Origin: a virus
Taxonomy: Duplodnaviria > Caudoviricetes
Direction: 5' to 3' (one strand)
Length of the DNA: 64,000 nucleotides
Virus record (IMG/VR): IMGVR_UViG_3300024297_000001
Each line of letters opens with the position of its first letter. The first letter of the stretch is position 1. Below are positions 39,201 through 48,314 of this stretch, in pieces. A program made the position numbers and the translations under genes. The notes beneath the pieces are model-generated. The model was not told the origin of the DNA. It saw only the letters and a list, made by a program, of their open reading frames with translations, and made no database searches.

Positions 39201-41624
39201 GCTAAATGTAACTGTACCTCCACTTGTATAAGTGTGAGCGTAACTGTTTGCACCTGTCATTATATCTAAAGTAGTTGCTGATGCATTCGATGAAAGTACA
39301 ACAAAACTGGTTTGAGTACTTGTTACTGCTGAGTTTGTAATAACATCATCTACAATACTTGCCAAGTGTGTAAGTCCTGCTAATGAATAAACACTATCGC
39401 CTGAATTTGTTAACTGTCCTGCTGGTGAAACTTTAGTTGAACGTAGTTCGTCACCAACCACAGCACAACCTTCTGGTACAACCATTGGAAGTACTTCGTT
39501 AAATTGTCCTGTCTTAAGGAAAAGCGTGTCGTTTGCAATTAATTGTGCTGGGACACCAGTTGTGTTACCTGCGGTCAAAGCCGCTGTAGCAATAGCTCTA
39601 AGAGCGTTTAAGATGCCTTGTGCTTCAGGTTCTTCAACTCTTGTAGAATCTGTTACACGTAAAGTTGGAGTAGCAACACTTCTTAATGCTTGGTAATCGC
39701 TTGATGGTGCATCTTGTGTAATTACATCATCAAGTAACGTTGTAACGAATGTAAGTGTCGCCGCAAATTCAGCAGTGATGCCATCATTACTTACATAGTA
39801 TTGATCTGCCGCACTGTCAAAATATGCAAGTGTTTCTAATCTTGTTTTCTTATTACCACCATGTGATAAATCCCAAATAAGTGCATCAACAAATGTACCT
39901 ATGTCTCTACGCCAGTTAGCCGCAGTGTATGTAAATGAACCTGTGAAAGGAGCAATTGATCCAACAATCTGTGTATCAACCCAACTTAACACTTCGTCTT
40001 GAATGAATGCTTTGTTAATTTTCATTAACTGTGTTGCGTTAGGTTTTCTTGCACCTTTTTCAATTTGCTGTAAACCAAATTGTACAGTTCTAAAAGGTTT
40101 GTCAAGTGTAACACCTGCCGCTGGAACATCTTTATCAACTCCATCAAGTGCAGTATAATAAACTGCATCAAGTTGACCAAAGAATGACCATTCTGGATCT
40201 GTTCCTGATTCGTTAACTTTTAATACTTGTCCTGGTTGACCAACTGGTAATCTTGTTGGACCTGATCCACCGTAGTAAACAAGGTCACCACGTGTAGTTA
40301 AGTTACCTGCTTCAGCACCACCGTTTAATAAATTCCAGTAGTTACCTGCTGTGTCTTGGTCTGGTCTATTTTGTCCTGCACCAACTTGCTCTGAAGTGTG
40401 TGGAGCAACACAAACATATGAGTTAACATCGTTAATACCTCTAACAACATCACCCTTGTCATAGTAAACTGCGTTTGTCCAAGCACCTTTCCAGTATAAA
40501 CCTTCATTAAGTTTATCCCAGTATACGTTGTCTGGTGGTCTGTTACCTGTACCATCTGCAAGTGCAATAAATGTCCAACCTCCAAGTCTAACTACATCGC
40601 CGATCTTATAAGCCGTTGCGTTATTGTAATCACCCTTGAAAGAAAATCCTGTTGTAAATAAATCCCAATCACTTGCGTTGTTGTATGGAATAATATTAAA
40701 GTTGTTTGTTTTTGAAACGTAAGTGTAACCACCATAAGTAACAACGTCACCTGGTTGGAAGTTTACATTGTTCTGCCAACTGTCTTCAAATTCTAATCCT
40801 GGAATAAAGATAGACCATTTTGCTTCATCAGCCGCAAGTGTTGCACCTGCTGTGTGGAACGTTCCACAAATCCATAAGTCTGAACCATACTTAACAACAT
40901 CATTGTTTTTGTATCTTGTTCCTGTAGTCCAGTCACCTAAGTATTCAATACCTTTGTGTAAGTAATCCCACTTGGCTTGATCTTCTTCAAGTCCTGCTGT
41001 GTTGTCAGCGCCTGCTGTATGTCCAGTGTTACAAACATAAACTTGTCCACCGTAACGTACAACGTCACCTTTCTTATATCTTGTTGTTGCAATCCAAGCG
41101 TTTAACCAAGTTAAACCGTTTGCAAATAAATCCCATTTACTTTGATCTAATTCTAATCCGTCACCTACTGATGCGCCAGATGTGTGTGCTTCTGTACACA
41201 AGTACATAACGCCACCATAACGGACAATGTCATTAACTTTATATCTTGTTGAAACACCCCAATCACCTAACCAGTCAAATCCTTCACAGAATAAATCCCA
41301 TTTAGATTGATCTAATTCTAAGCCATCTGATGTAGTTGTTGCAGAAGTGTGACCTGTGTTTGCAACATATAAGTACCCGCCGTACTTAACAATGTCATTA
41401 GGTTTGTAAACTGTTGATAATGCCCAGTTACCTTTCCACTCAGTACCATCTGCCATCTTGTCAAAGTTAGAGATGTCTGTGTCGAAGTTAGAACTTGTGT
41501 GGCCAGTATTAACAATATATGTACGACCACCGTAGCGGACTACATCGTCTTTAAAGTATTCTTTGGCTGAGACCCATGATCCCTTCCAAATAAACCTAAT
41601 TCTACCTAATTTAAACTCTGCCAT
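36282..41624 (-). CDS. Large virion fibre/baseplate-associated protein (1780 aa) with 8 CBM5/12-like repeats and a beta-helix region
   Basis: Repeats W...Y..GD.V.YGG..Y.C...HT; YYTALDG.D.....TLDKPF.TV; C-terminal SQVRLTGHDFLDIG...TDQDGNFRVG shared with 41664-47897. Confidence 0.75.
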   Translation of the reverse strand: MAEFKLGRIRFIWKGSWVSAKEYFKDDVVRYGGRTYIVNTGHTSSNFDTDISNFDKMADGTEWKGNWALSTVYKPNDIVKYGGYLYVANTGHTSATTTSDGLELDQSKWDLFCEGFDWLGDWGVSTRYKVNDIVRYGGVMYLCTEAHTSGASVGDGLELDQSKWDLFANGLTWLNAWIATTRYKKGDVVRYGGQVYVCNTGHTAGADNTAGLEEDQAKWDYLHKGIEYLGDWTTGTRYKNNDVVKYGSDLWICGTFHTAGATLAADEAKWSIFIPGLEFEDSWQNNVNFQPGDVVTYGGYTYVSKTNNFNIIPYNNASDWDLFTTGFSFKGDYNNATAYKIGDVVRLGGWTFIALADGTGNRPPDNVYWDKLNEGLYWKGAWTNAVYYDKGDVVRGINDVNSYVCVAPHTSEQVGAGQNRPDQDTAGNYWNLLNGGAEAGNLTTRGDLVYYGGSGPTRLPVGQPGQVLKVNESGTDPEWSFFGQLDAVYYTALDGVDKDVPAAGVTLDKPFRTVQFGLQQIEKGARKPNATQLMKINKAFIQDEVLSWVDTQIVGSIAPFTGSFTYTAANWRRDIGTFVDALIWDLSHGGNKKTRLETLAYFDSAADQYYVSNDGITAEFAATLTFVTTLLDDVITQDAPSSDYQALRSVATPTLRVTDSTRVEEPEAQGILNALRAIATAALTAGNTTGVPAQLIANDTLFLKTGQFNEVLPMVVPEGCAVVGDELRSTKVSPAGQLTNSGDSVYSLAGLTHLASIVDDVITNSAVTSTQTSFVVLSSNASATTLDIMTGANSYAHTYTSGGTVTFSGTTVNVTAAAYDNVTGIVSITTDAAHGAVATNVVQVANITWTCSLGTKVYPAVKAQDTAAPAGSGAAGTAAAAVATAIKNKIDFVLNANGSDVAFAGVNDPVKTAGYTDAVIRLEANKEFLVEEVVSKIAIDYPAYSFTTALKNSCKRDVRRYIEAIQHDIIYTGNYKGLRAAELYINSANGSTLNDMYYVRNGTGIRNMTLTGLSGVLGSVNTYGTKRPSAGAYVSLDPGWGTAHKDVWIINKSCYVQNVTNFGTGCVGLKIDGDLHAGGNDSIVANDFTQVLSDGIGVWCTNLGRTELVSVFSYYGHIGYLAENGGKIRATNGNSSYGTFGCVAEGVDSTEVPIIAYTDNKDKQAQIAQVMTDASRVIAVEYLNAGRDYDTNGGNAVITITGDGFGLGTVTPTYRTGGIMEVRLLNTSDNFGGKDYNTAGNAAQIGNTTQITISNTDTNTSGELAGMAIWIVSGLGTGQYAYIDTFNAGTKVATVRKYSDGTPGWDNIIGEAIVPLLDSTTTYEIEPRLTFSTPTGDGSSTSVQAIGRCRVQDGLINQVRIIEPGQGYDSSVTMTITDPNNTIEAPFEIRVGDGVLGQPTFAGATNAGRGDGFDTATALVTATTIEKNITGVAKSNPCRVTATAHGITLDGTKVNIKEVLGMIRLFDPTTFYVKVIDADNFDLYSNPTLTETIDTTAQGTYTTGGKVTYGGGFMDNLQSGKFVQVSGLTTTPRAGSNVVFSNQPTVFYKLVAVTNLLGGASGPFTAQLQVSPDIPVDNAPVHTESSEIRLRYSQVRLTGHDFLDIGTGNFTTTNYPNLPLQDPVPASEAVEGGGGRVFFTSTDQDGNFRVGGLFNVEQSTGVATLNADAFNISGLQELSLGNIALGNTGATVNEFSTDGTFAANSDSIVPTQRAIRTYITSQIGGGASTLNVNQIIAGLVQISGQEITTTTVVPINVKAQFNFQGGVDGAPVALNMFLMG
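40300..41600 (-). repeat. Eight ~50-55-aa chitin-binding-like (CBM5/12) protein repeats
   Basis: Aligned by eye. Repeats 2 and 3 also share ~36 bp of near-identical DNA (aataaatcccattta...tgatctaattctaa, near 41125 and 41290). Confidence 0.75.
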
Positions 41625-41663
41625 TGTTATTTCCTAACGTTACATTTGTATTTATCATATCTG

Positions 41664-44600
41664 TTATTTCCCATGTCCCATTTCTTGTGGTGTAGTAGGA
41701 TCGATGAGATTCTCATCGTGATCAAGTCCGAAGTTTGTACCTGCTACAAACATACTGTGAGCCGCCATATCACCATCTATTGATTTTTGGAAGTTCATTT
41801 GGGTAGTAACATTGATTTTTCTACTTGCTTCAGAACTAATTGCTCTACCTTGTATTCTAACTTCACCAGCGATAACTGCGTTAACGTTAACGTTTGTGCC
41901 ACCGCCGCTAATTCTACTATCTACATATCCTGCAATAGCCCTTTGTGTAGGCACAATTTCGTTACTATTTGCTGTAAATGTTGTATCAGTACTAAATTCT
42001 CTAATAACAGCATTTGTACCACCAAGTGTAACTCCGCCTAATCGTAATTCACTTAACCCATCTAACTCAAAGTATGATGCGTTTAGTGTAACAATACCAG
42101 TTGCCTGTTCAACTGTAAACAATTCACCAACCCTAAAGTTACCATCTTGGTCAGTACTTGTGTAGAATACTCTACCACCGCCTTTGTTTTCAGTTTCTTG
42201 GAATTCTCTTATATCATAACCTTCAATTGGTGTTAGTAACGGATACTGTGAATTGTATAAGTTACCTTTACCAATTTCTAAGAAGTCGTGTCCTGTTAAT
42301 CTTACCTGTGAATATTTTTGTCTAATAGTTAAAGTAGTTTCATGTTCAGGAGATTCTGCTCTATCAATGTTTGGAGTAATACCAAGCGTTGCTGTAAAGT
42401 TTGGCGCACTTCCTGTAACATTTGTAATAGTTTGTACAGCATAGAACACATCATTAATACCATCAATGTATAAGTTGTCACCTGGTCCAGGTTCTCTTGT
42501 TAAATCTTTAACTGTAATGCTTGTACCAATTTGATACATGTCTGCATAACCATCACCTGATACTGTAACACCAATGTTAATATATCCTGTACCTCTGTTT
42601 GTAAATTCAACTTGTCCAACACAACCATCTGCCATTCTAACATCATAGTAAACATCTCTTGTGTTATCTGGATCAATAATTGTCATTGTTGGAGGTGTTG
42701 ATCCGTAACCTGATCCTGCTTCTTGTATGTAGAATGTAAGTAATTTACCACCACTTGCTCCTAACACAGTTGCTCTTGTTGTTGCACCTGTTTTTAAAGT
42801 TGCTAATGATGAAATAGATCCATTTGTTGTTGGATAAAATATTGGACCTGTTGATGTTGCACTTGGTATCATACCATTAAACGATCCGCCTAATGAAGTT
42901 TTACTTGTCCAGTAAACGCCATCGTCTGATTGAACAACTCCACCACTTGCTGAAATCCCTAAGAACACACCTTGATTGTATGCAATGTAAATGTTATCTG
43001 AAACGTCTGTGTTATTACCTGCAATCCATACAGTACTTGCAGTCGCTATCGAAGCGTCTGTGAAACTGTGGAAGAATTTATTATTTACAGTTGATAAATC
43101 GTTTGGTGAATCAAAAGTTGAAGCAACAAATTTACCTGCACCATACACAAGGTCACAAACATCATGTTGTACACCACCAATGTCTGGCCCAGCAGTCCAT
43201 GTAACACCATCGTCAACACTTTCCCAAGTGTCGCCTGCTTCGTTACAAATTACCCATTTGCCATTTCCATAAGCCATAAATTCTGCGTTACTTACACCTG
43301 CTGTAACTTCTGTCCAGTTAGCACCATCGTCTGCACTTCTATAAATTTTATCTGTTCCAGGACCAATAGCACATATAACATTGTTACCAACTTCTATCTT
43401 AGTAAATGTTTGACTGTAACTTAATAAGTTAGTTGCTGAATCGCCCCAACTTGTTCCGTCATTGGATTGTTTAACTCTACCATTACCGTCAACTGCAACA
43501 TATTGTGATGCGCCTCTAACAACTCCAATGTAAGTTAAATCTTGATATGAACTTGCTTCAGTAAATGAAGTTCCGTCATCAGTCCAAACAATGCTATTGT
43601 TACCAACAACAACTGTTCTTTTGTTATCACCAATCTTAGTAGTAGCACTCTGGACAGCCGCACTGTTACTTGGAAGTGTTGCACTATTCTGTGTGAAAGT
43701 TGGCGAAGTAAATGTAAGTCTTGGTGTAATCTCATAACGTGTTGTTTCATCTAACACTGTTGCAATAGGCTCACCTGGTAAATGATGTTGCCAACCTGGC
43801 AATCCATCTATAGGTCTTGCAACTGTCATTGTTTTGTCACCAGCAGTAACTGAATCAATAGTAAATGTAACGTTACTACCTGTTCCGCCAATTGCCGCCG
43901 CTTGTATTGTAATAATATCTCCAACTTGGTTTTTTGTACCTGGAGCAGTAATTGATATTCCTACAAGTCCTGTTGCGTCAATACTTACTGTAACTGTTGG
44001 TGGTGTTGTATCTGCTCTACTGCTTGTACCAACTTTATCTGTGTATACACCTTCAGTAAGTGTTGCATCTTGTCCACTTGTTACAGTTGATGTTACTGCA
44101 CCACCGTTGTTCCAGTCGTAACTTGTAATATAAGCGTATTGTCCTCTGCCTTCACCTTCAATAATTGTAATTAATTTGTTTAAGTAGTATTCTTCATTGT
44201 TAACATCTTGGTTAGCAATTTGTATGCTTGTTTCATTACCACTTTGTGCTCTGTTGTTTGCGTATGTATATCCGTCACCACCTGCAAAACTTGAGTCACC
44301 TGGATCAGTAACTCTAATTTCTTGTACTGCACCATCTCTAAATTCTGTTAATAAACCTGTCGCACCAGAACCTGAACCTGTAATGTTTACAGTACCAGTT
44401 GTGTAATGCGTACCTGTTGTAGTATATCCAACTGCAAATAATTTGTTTTCATCGTTGTATACTTTACCTACTGTTGCTTCTGTTGCGTAGTTGTCTACCT
44501 TAGCACTAATAGGTGTTTCGTTGTTGTCAAATCCTAATGCAACTGAACCGTATTCACCATATGAGTTGTTACCATTTGTTGCACGTACCTTACCACCGTC

Positions 44601-47600
44601 AGTACACAAGTAACCAATGTAACAATAATATGTAAACACTGATACAAGTTCTGACAACCCGTCTGCGTTACACCAGTAACCAATACCGTCTTGTATAATT
44701 TGTGTAAAGTCGTTAGCAACAATAGATTTGTTACCACCGTTGTGTAATGTTCCATCAACTTTCATACCAACACACTTGCTACCAAACGTTGAACAGTTTT
44801 GTACGTATGTTGATTTAGTTGTTACCCAAACAGATTGATCGTCTGGTCCTGCACCTGGATCAAGTGCAACAAAGGCGTTACCTGGAGTAACCCTTCTAAT
44901 TAAGTTTGCATCTGGATCTGTAAATTCACCTTCAAGTCCTGACATTGTTAAGTTTCTAATACCACAACCGTTTCTAACACGGAACATGTCATTGCCTTTA
45001 GTTTCAGCAGTTGCTACTACTGATGTTGAACGTAATTCGTCACCTACAATAGCAACATCTTTTGGAACAGTAATCGGACAAATTTCTTCGTAACGTCCTG
45101 TTTTAACAAGTATTGTTGCTGGTGCTCTTGTACCTTCATCTTCTAAAATATATTGTGTAGCATACTTAATTGATTTAAATGGAGACGTTGCTGATAGTCC
45201 TCTACCTGCACTGTTAGCGTCAACACCGTCTGGAGAAACAAAGTAAACTTTATCTGTTTGTTCTAATGATTCCCAATTTAAATCTGTGTCTGCTTTAACT
45301 TTAAGTGCATCACCTGGATTATTAATTCCTAATCTTGCAGTACTTGTTGAACCATGTGTTCTGATATCACCATAGTATTGAAGTACGTTTGTGTTACCAC
45401 CTTCAACAACTGTTTGCCAAAAATCTTGTTGTGTATAATCAATGTCTAAGTCTGGTCTTGAACCTGATGTACTTGCACTGTGTCTCTTAATACAACGATA
45501 AAGTGTTCCAACGTATGTTACAATATCACCTAACATATATTCGTTGGTTACTGGAGAAGCATTTACTAATACTGTTTCTGCCCAGTTACCTCTAAACTTA
45601 TCGCCGTCGATTAATGTTTGCCAGTAGTTGTCTGAATATTGTGTTGTCAGATAAGACTGATCATACATACCACTGTGTGCGTTACAAACAAGATAGTTTT
45701 TCTTGTATGCATCTCTTGGTACAATGTACTGTACATATCTTTCAGTTGCCGCGGCAAATCCTGAAACGTATGCCGCCAAGTCTGCAACTTGAGTACCATC
45801 TAACCACCATGTTTGACCATTGTCAACATAGTTGTATTGTCCACCTGTATGGTGACCATTTTCGCTTGTACTAATATACAATGCATGTGTAAGATTAGAT
45901 GAATCGTTTTGATAAAACTTATAAGTGTTACCTTCTTTTAATGTTAAGGCACCTATAAGTACACCGTTAACATAATATCTATTTCCACTGCCTGGATTAC
46001 CAACTGTAATTGTTACATTTTCAGTTGACTTTGCATCATCTGGTTCGTTACCTACATTATCTCTAAGTGCATGATACAACCAACCGCCGAATCTTACAAT
46101 GTCTCCTGTTCTGTAAGCGGTAGCGGAATTCCAATCTGTTGCAGTTTCTCTTAAGTCTGGGTTTTGATTATACTGTGAACCTAATCTGTAACCCTGTACA
46201 GTTAATTCCCAGTCACCTGTGTCTTGAGTAATTCCGTTTGCACTTGGTATGCTGTTAGTACTAATTTGTAATGCAGTATAAGTGTAACCACCGTAACGTA
46301 CAATGTCGCCTGGCTGATAAACTTCTGCTTCACTCCATTGTGTTTCATATTCATAACCTGGTAACCAGATACTAAAGAAACTTTCTGCGAATGTTACATC
46401 TGAATTGTGTCCTGTGGTACAATACCACATTGTAGGACCAAACCTTACAATGTCACCAACTTTATATTTTTCTCTTTTAGAAAGTGTTTGGTTTCCTGTT
46501 CCGCCTTCTGCAAGTCTATTGTTTCTATTTGCAAGAGCATCATCTTTTTCAAAGTATAATTTAACACTATTGCCGTCAACAAGTCTTACATAGTAATAAG
46601 TGTTGTCAACAAGATTGTCAGCCGCTGTTCCGTCTGATGTATATTGAACTAAATCACCATCTGATAGTCCATGACTTGTTGCTGTAACAACTCCGCCTGT
46701 AACACTTTCAACTGCTATATCTGCTTTACTAACCCAGTGTCCTTTATACTCAATACCTGAAAGGAAAATTTCCCATGACGTTTGATCTTCTTCAAGACCA
46801 AGTCCATCATCGTTAGCACTAAAATGTCCTGTAGTACAACGATAAGTTATACCACCATAGCGTACTAAATCATCTTCTACATATCTTACTCTTGGCTTCC
46901 AAGTATCTTTCCATTGATCTGCTCTTGTAACAATTTCCCATTTCGTTATGTCTGCTTCAAGACCTGCAATGGTAGTTGAACTTGTATGCTCCTGTGTTGC
47001 AATGTAAACTCTACCACCGTATTTTACTGTGTCTCCGATTGCATAGTTTACTTGAGGTAACCATTCGTATAACCAATTTTGGTCTGCTACCATTAACTTC
47101 CAGTTACCAAAGTCGCTTTCACCTAACTGACCTTGTTCTTGAATATTAATGTATGCACCTTTGTCTTCACTGTCTACAGTTCTGTCAAAGTAATAAATTT
47201 TGTCTGGAGCAGTTAAAGGAACTGTCCATCTAATTCTTCTGCTTGATGCTGATGCAAATCCACTTAGATAAGATGAAAGCGGTGCTTCAATACCATCAAG
47301 ATAATATGTAAATCCTTCTGTGTAATAATCTACTAATGCTGTTTCATGTTTGTCGCCATCTTCATACTTACTAAATGCAAGTGGATGAATTTGACTTCCA
47401 AACGTTGCGTTAGTTGCATCGTCTTGATTAAATTCGTATGTTGATCCTTTATTAAAAGTTAAAATATTTTTCTCAGTACCATTTAAATAAATTGTACCTG
47501 TAGCAGATTGTCCTCTACCTGTTGGAAAAATACTTCCAGAATCGTAATCTATTGTAACTGCAACTTCTGTTGCACCTTCTGGTACAGAGTATGCAGAAGA

Positions 47601-47897
47601 AGTATGTCCAATAATTGCCGCATATACTTGACCACCATAACGAACAATGTCATTAACTCTGTAGTAGTAATTAGGTTTCCACGCATCAAGCCATTCATAA
47701 CCATCAGACATTTGTGTCCATTTAGGTAATGTAGCATTTAAGTAGTCTACGTAAAAGTCTGGATCAGAGGTATGTCCGTTTAAGCAAACAAACGTTTTAC
47801 CACCATATGATACTATGTCGTCTTTAATATATTGCTTAGATGTTTGCCAAGGGCCTGTCCATCTAAAGCGGATTCTATCAAGTTTAAATTCAGCCAT
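41664..47897 (-). CDS. Large virion fibre/baseplate-associated protein (2077 aa), paralog of 36282-41624, with two inserted cupredoxin-like domains
   Basis: MAEFKLDRIRF N-terminus, CBM-like repeats, shared C-terminus; HAL...CNAHSGM ligand set. Confidence 0.75.
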   Translation of the reverse strand: MAEFKLDRIRFRWTGPWQTSKQYIKDDIVSYGGKTFVCLNGHTSDPDFYVDYLNATLPKWTQMSDGYEWLDAWKPNYYYRVNDIVRYGGQVYAAIIGHTSSAYSVPEGATEVAVTIDYDSGSIFPTGRGQSATGTIYLNGTEKNILTFNKGSTYEFNQDDATNATFGSQIHPLAFSKYEDGDKHETALVDYYTEGFTYYLDGIEAPLSSYLSGFASASSRRIRWTVPLTAPDKIYYFDRTVDSEDKGAYINIQEQGQLGESDFGNWKLMVADQNWLYEWLPQVNYAIGDTVKYGGRVYIATQEHTSSTTIAGLEADITKWEIVTRADQWKDTWKPRVRYVEDDLVRYGGITYRCTTGHFSANDDGLGLEEDQTSWEIFLSGIEYKGHWVSKADIAVESVTGGVVTATSHGLSDGDLVQYTSDGTAADNLVDNTYYYVRLVDGNSVKLYFEKDDALANRNNRLAEGGTGNQTLSKREKYKVGDIVRFGPTMWYCTTGHNSDVTFAESFFSIWLPGYEYETQWSEAEVYQPGDIVRYGGYTYTALQISTNSIPSANGITQDTGDWELTVQGYRLGSQYNQNPDLRETATDWNSATAYRTGDIVRFGGWLYHALRDNVGNEPDDAKSTENVTITVGNPGSGNRYYVNGVLIGALTLKEGNTYKFYQNDSSNLTHALYISTSENGHHTGGQYNYVDNGQTWWLDGTQVADLAAYVSGFAAATERYVQYIVPRDAYKKNYLVCNAHSGMYDQSYLTTQYSDNYWQTLIDGDKFRGNWAETVLVNASPVTNEYMLGDIVTYVGTLYRCIKRHSASTSGSRPDLDIDYTQQDFWQTVVEGGNTNVLQYYGDIRTHGSTSTARLGINNPGDALKVKADTDLNWESLEQTDKVYFVSPDGVDANSAGRGLSATSPFKSIKYATQYILEDEGTRAPATILVKTGRYEEICPITVPKDVAIVGDELRSTSVVATAETKGNDMFRVRNGCGIRNLTMSGLEGEFTDPDANLIRRVTPGNAFVALDPGAGPDDQSVWVTTKSTYVQNCSTFGSKCVGMKVDGTLHNGGNKSIVANDFTQIIQDGIGYWCNADGLSELVSVFTYYCYIGYLCTDGGKVRATNGNNSYGEYGSVALGFDNNETPISAKVDNYATEATVGKVYNDENKLFAVGYTTTGTHYTTGTVNITGSGSGATGLLTEFRDGAVQEIRVTDPGDSSFAGGDGYTYANNRAQSGNETSIQIANQDVNNEEYYLNKLITIIEGEGRGQYAYITSYDWNNGGAVTSTVTSGQDATLTEGVYTDKVGTSSRADTTPPTVTVSIDATGLVGISITAPGTKNQVGDIITIQAAAIGGTGSNVTFTIDSVTAGDKTMTVARPIDGLPGWQHHLPGEPIATVLDETTRYEITPRLTFTSPTFTQNSATLPSNSAAVQSATTKIGDNKRTVVVGNNSIVWTDDGTSFTEASSYQDLTYIGVVRGASQYVAVDGNGRVKQSNDGTSWGDSATNLLSYSQTFTKIEVGNNVICAIGPGTDKIYRSADDGANWTEVTAGVSNAEFMAYGNGKWVICNEAGDTWESVDDGVTWTAGPDIGGVQHDVCDLVYGAGKFVASTFDSPNDLSTVNNKFFHSFTDASIATASTVWIAGNNTDVSDNIYIAYNQGVFLGISASGGVVQSDDGVYWTSKTSLGGSFNGMIPSATSTGPIFYPTTNGSISSLATLKTGATTRATVLGASGGKLLTFYIQEAGSGYGSTPPTMTIIDPDNTRDVYYDVRMADGCVGQVEFTNRGTGYINIGVTVSGDGYADMYQIGTSITVKDLTREPGPGDNLYIDGINDVFYAVQTITNVTGSAPNFTATLGITPNIDRAESPEHETTLTIRQKYSQVRLTGHDFLEIGKGNLYNSQYPLLTPIEGYDIREFQETENKGGGRVFYTSTDQDGNFRVGELFTVEQATGIVTLNASYFELDGLSELRLGGVTLGGTNAVIREFSTDTTFTANSNEIVPTQRAIAGYVDSRISGGGTNVNVNAVIAGEVRIQGRAISSEASRKINVTTQMNFQKSIDGDMAAHSMFVAGTNFGLDHDENLIDPTTPQEMGHGK

Positions 47898-47936
47898 TGT
47901 TTCTACTTTCCTGCGTGTTCATATTGTATTTAACCA

Positions 47937-48305
47937 TTATGGAGATGTCCCATTTGGAAAATCGTAATTCTGATTGATTCTAACAATTAAATTGCCTTCT
48001 TCGTCAACATAATATATTAGGTTTCTATCGTCCCATCTAAATTGTTCATATCTTAAGTTATCATATGATGTGTTATGTTCTTCATCTCTACCTTCAAAAA
48101 ACTCAATTCCTCTTTGAAAATCTGGATAATTTTCTGTTGGATCTCCAGGCTTGTTTAATTGTACACCGTCAGTTGCTTTCAACTGATCTGATTTAATCAG
48201 GTACAAATCACCCTCGTCTGTTCGACGTAATCCATAAAAGAATCTACTTCCTTTTACTGTTTTTAGTAGTGTTCCTACTTCTGTACCTTGATAAAAACTT
48301 GCCAT
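47937..48305 (-). CDS. Hypothetical protein, family M copy 2
   Basis: FYGLRRTD.G.L...EFFEGRD..HN..Y.NL.YEQFRWDD shared with 49788-50246. Confidence 0.7.
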   Translation of the reverse strand: MASFYQGTEVGTLLKTVKGSRFFYGLRRTDEGDLYLIKSDQLKATDGVQLNKPGDPTENYPDFQRGIEFFEGRDEEHNTSYDNLRYEQFRWDDRNLIYYVDEEGNLIVRINQNYDFPNGTSP

Positions 48306-48314
48306 TATAAATCC

